From NCBI GenBank assembly GCA_964397445.1, contig CAYNHZ010000001.1, positions 75,287-139,286 of the forward strand: a stretch of 64,000 nucleotides of DNA, in the 5' to 3' direction. This DNA comes from an uncultured Muribaculaceae bacterium (GTDB lineage: Bacteria > Bacteroidota > Bacteroidia > Bacteroidales > UBA932). Each line of letters starts with the position of its first letter. Position 1 is the stretch's first letter. The notes beneath the pieces were generated by a model, which was not told where the DNA came from, searched no databases, and saw only the letters and a list, made by a program, of their open reading frames with translations. Of this stretch, positions 43,375 to 51,340 are shown piece by piece. A program made the position numbers and the translations under genes.

Positions 43375-46050
43375 ATGAATATCAACTTTTCAATCCATTT
43401 CAACACCACTTTCGGACAAGAATTATACATAACAGGCTCGATCCCCGAACTTGGTTGTGGAGATATTTCAAAGGGGATAAAGATGGATTTTACCGATTCT
43501 TATCTGTGGAAAAAAGAGGTCAGAATAGTCTCTGTTCAAGAGAGAATAATTTCTTATAGATACTTTGTAAAAGATAGCTGTGGCAACTCGTTTTATGAGG
43601 TTGGTGAGGAGAGAAAACTTGGTATTTCGAGTCTCTCTAAAGATCTATACTTGATTGATCAATGGCAAGGGAATACACCGACCGCCCCATTTTTGACAAC
43701 CCCATTTTCAGATGTTTTTTTCACTCACAACAATATTTCAGCTACTCAGATACATACATTCAGTCAAGAATTGATCATCAGAGTAACAGCACCCAATATC
43801 GAAAAAAACGCTGCAATATATATTTGCGGTGACAACAAAGAGATGGGAAATTGGGATGCAAGTAAAGCACCTGCTATGACCCCTGTTTATGGTAGTAAAT
43901 GGGAGATTCATCTAAATGCAGCCACCCTGCCGAAGCATATCTCCTACAAATTCATAAAGAAATACAATAATGGAGAGGTGATATGGGAAGATTCGGATAA
44001 CAGAGAGCTGCAAATCGAGAAGATTGCACCTCACAACACTTTATCCGTCGAACACTCATTTTGTGGCTTCAAAATATTGTCCCCTAAATTTTACGGCACA
44101 GCTATACCTCTCTTTTCTCTTAGGTCAAAAAACAGCTGCGGCATAGGTGACTTTATAGATTTAAAATTGTTTACGGAGTGGCTTAAAATCACAGGGCAAA
44201 ATATACTTCAGATCCTCCCTATAAACGACACAACAGATTGTGGAAAATGGACCGACTCCTATCCCTACGGTGGAATCTCTGTTATGGCTCTCCACCCTAT
44301 ATACATTAATATCAAAGAGATAGGTGCTTTTCAAGATAAGGAGGTTTCGATACTTTTCAATAAAGAGAGGAAAGCACTAAACTCCCTTCCTCAAATCGAT
44401 TACGAGGCTGTATTGGAATTTAAAATAAGGTACTTGAAAATCCAATTTGCAAAATATAGCGAAGATTCATTTGCAGAGCCCGAATTCTATTCGTTTTACA
44501 AAAGTAATAAGAGCTGGTTGCTTCCATACTGCGTATTCTGCACATTGAGAGATCAATACAAGAGTGCCGACTTCTCAAAATGGGGTAAATATTCAACCTA
44601 TTCACCTGATATAATTGAGAATTTCAATAAAAAGGGAAAAAAGACCTATCAATCAATATCATTCCATCTATTTATCCAGTATCACCTTCATAAACAGCTT
44701 CTTGAGGCTGTAAAATATGCACATAAGAATGGTATTGCCATAAAAGGGGATATCCCTATCGGAATCACACCTCATAGTGTTGATGCTTGGACAGATAGTA
44801 AGTATTTCAATATGAACTCTCAGGCAGGAGCCCCTCCTGACGACTTCTCAGCGAACGGACAGAATTGGGGATTTCCAACATACAATTGGGAAGAGATGGC
44901 GAGAGATGATTTTAAATGGTGGAAAAATCGATTTAAAAAGATGTCCGAGTACTTCGATGCCTATAGAATAGACCACGTACTTGGTTTCTTTAGAATCTGG
45001 GAGATCCCATCACACCAAACAAAGGGGCTTATGGGACATTTCAGCCCCTCGCTTCCATTAAGTTATGAAGAGATAAACAGATTTGGGTACAGATTTGATT
45101 TTATTAGGGATACGAAGCCATTTATTCGATACTATATGCTCAAAGAGATTTTTGGGAGCAACACAGATCTTGTTATTAATACATACCTTGATAGTCCACA
45201 ATATGAAGTATTTACACTTAAAGAGGAGTACAATACCCAAAGAAAAATTGAGGATTTCTTCGGTGGTAAAAAAGATAGCATAAAGGATGGATTGATCTCA
45301 CTTGTCAGCGAAGTGTTGTTTCTCGAAGATCCTAATTGTGAAGGGAGATTCCATCCAAGGATCTCTGCACAGTTTACCTACTCCTTCAGGTCTTTAAATT
45401 GGGAACAGCAGCGGGCATTTAACTCTCTATATGACGATTTTTTCTACAAAAGACACAATATTTTCTGGCAGGAACAGGCATTTGGAAAACTCCCAAAATT
45501 AATATCCTCAACTAATATGCTCACTTGTGCAGAAGATCTGGGGATGATACCAGATTGTGTTCCTTTAGTCCTCAACAAGCTTAGAATGTTATCGTTGGAA
45601 ATACAGAGAATGCCGAAAGATCCTAAAATAAAATTTGCAGAACCAAAATATTACCCCTACTTGAGTGTTTGTTCGACAGGTACTCACGACACAAGTACCA
45701 TTAGGGGGTGGTGGGAAGAGGATAGAGCCTCTACTCAACTCTATTTCAACACTATTCTCAAAGAGAATGGTGAGGCACCCGTCTATTGCGAGCCTTGGAT
45801 TTGCGAAAAGATAATAAGGCAACATATTGATGGAGGATCGCTTCTGACTATCATTCCATTCCAAGATTGGTTGTCAATTGATGAGAAAATAAGATTAGAA
45901 AACCCACACGCCGAAAGGATAAATATCCCCTCTAATCCACATCACTATTGGAGATATAGAATGCATCTTACAATTGAAGAACTCATTGATAATAAAGAAT
46001 TTAATAATAAATTATTATGCCTAAACTCGCACTCCCCTGGAAAATATTAA
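43375..46050 (+). CDS. malQ: 4-alpha-glucanotransferase (GH77 amylomaltase) with two N-terminal CBM20-like starch-binding domains
   Basis: The C-terminal ~600 aa carry GH77 motifs (YRIDHVLGF, CAEDLG, THDT). The N-terminus has two ~100-aa CBM20-like modules. Start moved to ATG 43375, downstream of a -7 box. Confidence 0.85.
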   Translation: MNINFSIHFNTTFGQELYITGSIPELGCGDISKGIKMDFTDSYLWKKEVRIVSVQERIISYRYFVKDSCGNSFYEVGEERKLGISSLSKDLYLIDQWQGNTPTAPFLTTPFSDVFFTHNNISATQIHTFSQELIIRVTAPNIEKNAAIYICGDNKEMGNWDASKAPAMTPVYGSKWEIHLNAATLPKHISYKFIKKYNNGEVIWEDSDNRELQIEKIAPHNTLSVEHSFCGFKILSPKFYGTAIPLFSLRSKNSCGIGDFIDLKLFTEWLKITGQNILQILPINDTTDCGKWTDSYPYGGISVMALHPIYINIKEIGAFQDKEVSILFNKERKALNSLPQIDYEAVLEFKIRYLKIQFAKYSEDSFAEPEFYSFYKSNKSWLLPYCVFCTLRDQYKSADFSKWGKYSTYSPDIIENFNKKGKKTYQSISFHLFIQYHLHKQLLEAVKYAHKNGIAIKGDIPIGITPHSVDAWTDSKYFNMNSQAGAPPDDFSANGQNWGFPTYNWEEMARDDFKWWKNRFKKMSEYFDAYRIDHVLGFFRIWEIPSHQTKGLMGHFSPSLPLSYEEINRFGYRFDFIRDTKPFIRYYMLKEIFGSNTDLVINTYLDSPQYEVFTLKEEYNTQRKIEDFFGGKKDSIKDGLISLVSEVLFLEDPNCEGRFHPRISAQFTYSFRSLNWEQQRAFNSLYDDFFYKRHNIFWQEQAFGKLPKLISSTNMLTCAEDLGMIPDCVPLVLNKLRMLSLEIQRMPKDPKIKFAEPKYYPYLSVCSTGTHDTSTIRGWWEEDRASTQLYFNTILKENGEAPVYCEPWICEKIIRQHIDGGSLLTIIPFQDWLSIDEKIRLENPHAERINIPSNPHHYWRYRMHLTIEELIDNKEFNNKLLCLNSHSPGKY

Positions 46051-47240
46051 TAGGAATTGTATTGGGTGTATTATTCGGTATTTTCTTTTATCCATATATA
46101 GAATATATATCTTGGATCGGAGAGCTGTTTATGAACGCACTGAAGATGATTGTGATCCCTCTGGTGTTCTCATCAATATTTGTCGGTGTCGCAAAAATGG
46201 GAAACTCTAAAGATATAGGGAGAATCGCCGGGAAAACTATCTCATTTTATATAACAACTACATTGATAGCTGTCCTTATCGGACTAACATTGGTCACTAT
46301 AATCAAACCTGGTAAAAACGCACAGATACCTTTAAATGAAACTATTACCGAGCTCCCTTCTCAAAGTGTCTCACTGATAGATGAGGTGATAAATATTGTT
46401 CCGAGCAATATCTTCAAGGAGATGGCAAACGGAAATCTCCTCCCAATCATCTTTTTTGCGATATTACTTGGGATATTTGCAACAAAAATTGAGGATAAAA
46501 ACAGAAATATCCTTACCGATCTTTTCTCCTCATTTTATTCTCTTATAATGAAAGTAACCTCTTTCATTATTCTATTGACCCCCTATGGGGTTTTTGCTAT
46601 TGTCGCAAATATGATAGGACAACAAGCAGGTGATTCTCAGACACTTATCGGACTCGCAAAAAGTCTCGGAATATATGTTGCTGTTGTCTGGATGGGTTGT
46701 TTGATACAAGGGTTCGGGATACTTCCACTGATTGTAAGGGTATTAGGAAAAGAGAATCCGTGGCGCCATATTAAAAAAATGACTACCCCCTTACTTACCG
46801 CTTTTACAACTTGCTCTTCAAGTGCAGCGCTTCCCCTCTCTATTCGAGATTCTCAAGAGAGATGTGGAATATCTGAAAAGATTGCAGGTTTCACCCTCCC
46901 GTTAGGGTGCACTGTCAATATGAATGGAACCGCTCTGTTTGAATGTGTTACTGCTATATTTATTGCACAAGTCTATGGAATTGAATTAAGTATCGGTCAA
47001 TCAATAGCTATTATTCTTACCTCCCTTATCGCAGCGATCGGAGCTGCAGGGATCCCTATGGCAGGGATAGTGATGATGACTGTGGTATTTAATGTCGCAG
47101 GACTTCCTCTTGAGGGGGTAGGTATTATTATGGCTGTCCAACAGATATGTGAGATGCCAAGAAGCTGTCTCAACTCATACGGAGATATGTGTGGAGCGGT
47201 AATTGTTGCAAAATCCGAGGGAGAAAAACTTACAATCTAA
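46017..47240 (+). CDS. Dicarboxylate/amino acid:cation symporter (DAACS/GltP family)
   Basis: 407 aa. Conserved N-terminus ILIGIVLGVLFG, the ...SSSAALP... reentrant loop motif and a ...NMNGTALF... motif. Overlaps the malQ 3' end by 34 nt. Confidence 0.85.
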   Translation: MPKLALPWKILIGIVLGVLFGIFFYPYIEYISWIGELFMNALKMIVIPLVFSSIFVGVAKMGNSKDIGRIAGKTISFYITTTLIAVLIGLTLVTIIKPGKNAQIPLNETITELPSQSVSLIDEVINIVPSNIFKEMANGNLLPIIFFAILLGIFATKIEDKNRNILTDLFSSFYSLIMKVTSFIILLTPYGVFAIVANMIGQQAGDSQTLIGLAKSLGIYVAVVWMGCLIQGFGILPLIVRVLGKENPWRHIKKMTTPLLTAFTTCSSSAALPLSIRDSQERCGISEKIAGFTLPLGCTVNMNGTALFECVTAIFIAQVYGIELSIGQSIAIILTSLIAAIGAAGIPMAGIVMMTVVFNVAGLPLEGVGIIMAVQQICEMPRSCLNSYGDMCGAVIVAKSEGEKLTI

Positions 47241-47242
47241 TC

Positions 47243-49531
47243 CTACTTGGCAGCAGCTGCAAGCCATTTGAAGAGTGTCAAAAAAGTTTTGTTTTTTTCA
47301 CTTGCAAACGCTTCGGGATGAAACTGTACGCCTATAACTTTCTCAGAACCTTTCATTTGGATTGCCTCTACCACACCATCCTCAGCTTTGGCGACAACCA
47401 TAAAATAGGGGGAGAGTTCCTTTACAGATTGATGGTGAAATGTATTGACTGTCAACTCAGAAACACCTACACAATTGTAAAGTATAGATGTGGTATCTAT
47501 CAATATCTTGTGGGTAGCCACATTTGACGGTAACTTCTGACGATGTGATATTGTACTTCCCTTAATCTCCGATGGAATATCCTGATAAAGAGAGCCTCCA
47601 AAGGCCACATTTAACATTTGCATCCCACGACAGATTCCAAGAACAGGAATCCCTTTTCTCACAGCCATTCTCATTAAACTATAATCAAAACTATCCCTTT
47701 GAATAAAAACCTCTTCAAGTTTAGGGTGCCTTTCTGCTTTATAATAGCTCGGATCTATATCCTCCCCCCCTGTAAAAATAACTCCATCAACCACATTAAG
47801 AATATTATTAAGAATAGTTGTGTCGCTCGTTATCGGGATCACAATTGGTACACCTCCACCATTTATCACTGCATTAACATAATTTTGGGGGACAGCTGTC
47901 ACTTTGTCTTTTTGAGCAGCAGTAATACCTATGATAGGTATAGAAACATTGGAAGTTTTCACCCAGCTGCCAAAATCCTCATTATAATTAAAATCTATCT
48001 CAAAGGAGGGTTGAGAGGCGCTATTACCGGAATAATTATGGAAGAAAATGGCAAAGGTGTGTCCATCAGAACGGAGCCAGAACTCATTGCCCTGTTGGTG
48101 TTTTAATTGGTGATTCCACCCATATTTACCAATCTCCATATATAATTTTCCCCCCCTTAAAGTGATGATAGCATCCCCGAAAGGGGCCTCTTTTGTATAG
48201 GTCCCAACCAGTTGTTTGAAATCTGGCACTTGAGAACTTCGAGATATTTTACAAGGGACAGACCTGCGAGAAGGGGTCTTTTGATCATTATACCATTTCT
48301 CAATATTCTCTTTACTCCAATCCCTTAACTCTTTCTGACCATCCCACATATAGAGATCGATAATTCTTTTCAAAAGGGCAAATCTTGCATATTCAGAGAC
48401 TCTCGAATTACACAATATTGTGATTCCTAAGTTTTTATCAGGAATAAAAGCGCACAATGCAGTGAACCCGAAAGTTGTCCCTGTATGATATATATAATCA
48501 TAATCTCCCCCCTGCTCAACATACCAACAATAACCATATTTCCGGGTATAGGTAGAATCCCCCTTTACAAATGTCTCCCCTGTGTGTAAAAACCTCATAC
48601 TCTCAGATGAGATAATCCTTACACTATCTCCATTCCCTCTATTTACAACTCCGTTTCCAAGATGAAACTTAACCCATTTTGCCATATCAGAAACTGAGGA
48701 GCTAACCCCACCGGCAGGGGCAACTACATCGAGCCAGTGCAATTCCCTATCCTCTCCATATAGCTGTACTACTCTCATCCTCCCCCCGAATTGTGATTGC
48801 GGATCTTTCACATACTGAAAATGGTGAGGAGCAGCAACATTCTTACTTGCAGATATATAACCCTCTCCACCTAAGAATGTGGAATTCATTCCCAAAGGAT
48901 TGAGAACTTTAGTTATCATATTCTCTTCCCAACTCTTTCCTGTAAGCTCCTCAACTATTTTAGCAGCAATAATAAAAGTCATATTATTGTATGCAAACTT
49001 CGTTTTATATGGATATATCGGCTTGATATACTTAAACATACGATAAACATCCTCTCTATCGTATCCAAGATACGGTATATAGGTCCCTGCTTGCGCAACC
49101 ATCCCGGAACTATGATTAAATAGGTCCTTGACTTGCAATACATTACCCACAGCCGAATCGCCCCACTCAAAATCCGGCAAAATATTTTTGACTGTATCGC
49201 TCCACGAAAGAAGTCCCTCATCAACAAGGATGGCCATCAAAAGTGCTGAAAATGACTTAGAGACAGACCCAATTTGAAAAACTGTATTTTCATCAATTAG
49301 GGCTGACGATCCATATTTCTCTCCCCCCTTGCCCTGCTCCTTTACCCCAAATCCCTTTGCAAAAACAACTGAGTCGCCCTGAACTATTGAGACCGCAATT
49401 CCGGGAATTTTCCAATCGCTTCTAACCTGTTGAGCATATTGAGATATTTTGGATTCAATAGATTGAGTGGCCGACAAAAGATAGGTTGTCGATATGATAA
49501 TGAGATATGCACAAAGAATAAACCGTTTCAT
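47243..49531 (-). CDS. Exported fusion protein: beta-lactamase-fold serine hydrolase + lipocalin-like linker domain + peptidase C26 / class-I glutamine amidotransferase (gamma-glutamyl hydrolase)
   Basis: Signal peptide. S-x-x-K (SVSK, aa 89-92), Y-x-N (YNN, aa 181-183), HTG (aa 349-351). The C-terminal domain has the nucleophile elbow GICRGMQ and GVQFHPE His motif. Confidence 0.75.
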   Translation of the reverse strand: MKRFILCAYLIIISTTYLLSATQSIESKISQYAQQVRSDWKIPGIAVSIVQGDSVVFAKGFGVKEQGKGGEKYGSSALIDENTVFQIGSVSKSFSALLMAILVDEGLLSWSDTVKNILPDFEWGDSAVGNVLQVKDLFNHSSGMVAQAGTYIPYLGYDREDVYRMFKYIKPIYPYKTKFAYNNMTFIIAAKIVEELTGKSWEENMITKVLNPLGMNSTFLGGEGYISASKNVAAPHHFQYVKDPQSQFGGRMRVVQLYGEDRELHWLDVVAPAGGVSSSVSDMAKWVKFHLGNGVVNRGNGDSVRIISSESMRFLHTGETFVKGDSTYTRKYGYCWYVEQGGDYDYIYHTGTTFGFTALCAFIPDKNLGITILCNSRVSEYARFALLKRIIDLYMWDGQKELRDWSKENIEKWYNDQKTPSRRSVPCKISRSSQVPDFKQLVGTYTKEAPFGDAIITLRGGKLYMEIGKYGWNHQLKHQQGNEFWLRSDGHTFAIFFHNYSGNSASQPSFEIDFNYNEDFGSWVKTSNVSIPIIGITAAQKDKVTAVPQNYVNAVINGGGVPIVIPITSDTTILNNILNVVDGVIFTGGEDIDPSYYKAERHPKLEEVFIQRDSFDYSLMRMAVRKGIPVLGICRGMQMLNVAFGGSLYQDIPSEIKGSTISHRQKLPSNVATHKILIDTTSILYNCVGVSELTVNTFHHQSVKELSPYFMVVAKAEDGVVEAIQMKGSEKVIGVQFHPEAFASEKNKTFLTLFKWLAAAAK

Positions 49532-49570
49532 AACCGATGTGGGATTAATACTAATAAATACTATTTGCTA

Positions 49571-49578
49571 CAAAGATA
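49571..49578 (-). promoter_or_regulatory. -7 box (TATCTTTG on minus strand) for the beta-lactamase/C26 fusion gene
   Basis: Exact TAnnTTTG, 40 nt upstream of ATG 49531. Confidence 0.4.
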
Positions 49579-49598
49579 ATTATTAGAATTAATCTATG

Positions 49599-49606
49599 TA
49601 ACTTTG
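49599..49606 (+). promoter_or_regulatory. -7 box TAACTTTG for radA
   Basis: Exact TAnnTTTG, 23 nt upstream of ATG 49629. Confidence 0.4.
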
Positions 49607-49628
49607 CTAAGGATAAAAAAGACTTCAG

Positions 49629-51020
49629 ATGGCTAATAGTACAAAAATAAAAAAGGGGTGGTTTTGCTCCTCTTGTGGGAATGAAAGCGCGAAATGGCTT
49701 GGAAAATGCCCTGCCTGCGGCGAGTGGAATACAATGGTTGAGGAGATAATCTCCAAAGATAGGTCATTATTACATATCAATAATAGTAATAATAAACCTG
49801 TCCCACTCTCTAAAATCACAATGAATAAAGAGAGTCGTATTCATATTGGAAACAATGAGATAGACAGGATATTAGGCGGTGGAATAGTTGAAGGTTCAAT
49901 GATTTTGATAGGGGGAGAGCCGGGAATAGGTAAATCTACCCTTGCCCTTCAAATCCCAATAGAGTGTAACACATTGAGAACACTGTATATTTCAGGAGAA
50001 GAGTCCTTAAAACAACTGAAACTCAGGGCTGACAGAATAGGAAAAAGGGTAGAAAACAGGGAAATCAGCGATAATTGTCTTATCCTTTGCGAGACAATGT
50101 TGGAAAATATTATTCATAGGGCAAAAGAGTGTGACCCTCAGCTCCTTATCATCGACTCCATTCAGACTATCTATTCTGATGCTATCGAATCGTCACCCGG
50201 CTCTGTGTCACAAGTTAAGGAGTGTGCTGCAGCACTTCTGAGATATGCAAAAGAGAGTAATGTGCCTGTTATCGTCATAGGACATATAACAAAAGAGGGG
50301 TCAATAGCAGGCCCAAAAGTACTTGAACATATTGTCGATGTGGTACTTCAATTCGAAGGAGACACCAAACACTCCTATAGGATTATGAGGAGCATAAAAA
50401 ACCGATACGGCTCAACCGCTGAGTTGGCTATCTTCGAAATGACCGATATCGGACTCAAAGAGGTCAGCAACCCTTCGGAGATATTAACCCCTATGCACCA
50501 AGAAAATCTCAGTGGGATAGCGGTAGGAGCTATGTTAGATGGAACTCGTTCATTTTTGATTGAGATTCAAGCACTTGTATCTACAGCCGCCTATGGAATG
50601 CCACAACGTTCTGCCACAGGTTTTGACTCAAGGAGGCTAAATATGCTCCTTGCAGTTTTAGAGAAGAGGGCAGGGTTTAAACTCTCTTCAAAGGATGTAT
50701 TTCTAAATATTGCAGGAGGGATGAAGGTAAACGATCCTGCCTGCGATTTGGCAGTTGTTTGTTCTATATTGTCTTCAAATTTTGATATTAGTATCTCACC
50801 CAAGATTTGTTTTTCTGCAGAGGTTGGACTCAGTGGAGAGATACGACCGGTAGGACAAATAGAAAAAAGAATATCCGAAGCACAACGCCTCGGATATAAA
50901 AAAATCTTCATATCAGCCTTTAACCTTCCAGATAAATTCAATCGAAAAAGTCGTGAAATAGAGATAATTGAGGTGAGTGATATACCTCAATTATGCAAAA
51001 AATTATTTACAAACCAATAG
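49629..51020 (+). CDS. radA: DNA repair protein RadA/Sms
   Basis: N-terminal zinc finger CSSCG...CPACGEW, Walker A GGEPGIGKST, KNRYG motif, and a C-terminal Lon-like domain. Confidence 0.9.
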   Translation: MANSTKIKKGWFCSSCGNESAKWLGKCPACGEWNTMVEEIISKDRSLLHINNSNNKPVPLSKITMNKESRIHIGNNEIDRILGGGIVEGSMILIGGEPGIGKSTLALQIPIECNTLRTLYISGEESLKQLKLRADRIGKRVENREISDNCLILCETMLENIIHRAKECDPQLLIIDSIQTIYSDAIESSPGSVSQVKECAAALLRYAKESNVPVIVIGHITKEGSIAGPKVLEHIVDVVLQFEGDTKHSYRIMRSIKNRYGSTAELAIFEMTDIGLKEVSNPSEILTPMHQENLSGIAVGAMLDGTRSFLIEIQALVSTAAYGMPQRSATGFDSRRLNMLLAVLEKRAGFKLSSKDVFLNIAGGMKVNDPACDLAVVCSILSSNFDISISPKICFSAEVGLSGEIRPVGQIEKRISEAQRLGYKKIFISAFNLPDKFNRKSREIEIIEVSDIPQLCKKLFTNQ

Positions 51021-51026
51021 TGGAAT

Positions 51027-51329
51027 TTATTCGATTTTAAAGATCTTCGAGAAACCTGTCATATCAAAAACCTCTTTAATATCAGGCCTTAAGGTCTTCA
51101 ATACCAACTCACCTCCGCGAGCCATAACGCTTTTTTTAAGGGTTAAGAAAAGACGTAATCCTGAGCTGCTTATATATGATAAATCTTTACAATCTACCTC
51201 TATATCAGGATTTGAGCCTGTCATTAATGGTGTCATCTTCTTTTCAAACTCTTCAGAATTTGTGGTATCTAATCTCCCTTCAACTACCACTAAAGTTTTA
51301 CTTCCAGAATAATTAATTTTTAGATCCAT
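51027..51329 (-). CDS. STAS-domain anti-sigma-factor antagonist (SpoIIAA/RsbV-like)
   Basis: 100 aa. DLSYISSSGLRLF is the conserved phosphorylatable-serine motif of SpoIIAA/RsbV proteins. Confidence 0.8.
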   Translation of the reverse strand: MDLKINYSGSKTLVVVEGRLDTTNSEEFEKKMTPLMTGSNPDIEVDCKDLSYISSSGLRLFLTLKKSVMARGGELVLKTLRPDIKEVFDMTGFSKIFKIE

Positions 51330-51340
51330 AATCGTTTTTG

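Noticed and set aside
47189-47527. A 112-aa plus-strand ORF running from the end of the DAACS gene into the fusion gene region
   Set aside because: It is out of frame with the DAACS gene and antisense to the C26 domain, which has clear catalytic motifs. There is no independent support.
50977-51312. A 111-aa plus-strand ORF competing with the minus-strand STAS ORF (51027-51329)
   Set aside because: The minus-strand product has the conserved SpoIIAA/RsbV phosphoserine motif and fits the operon with the PP2C/kinase sensor. The plus-strand product has no resemblance to anything and would overlap the radA 3' end.
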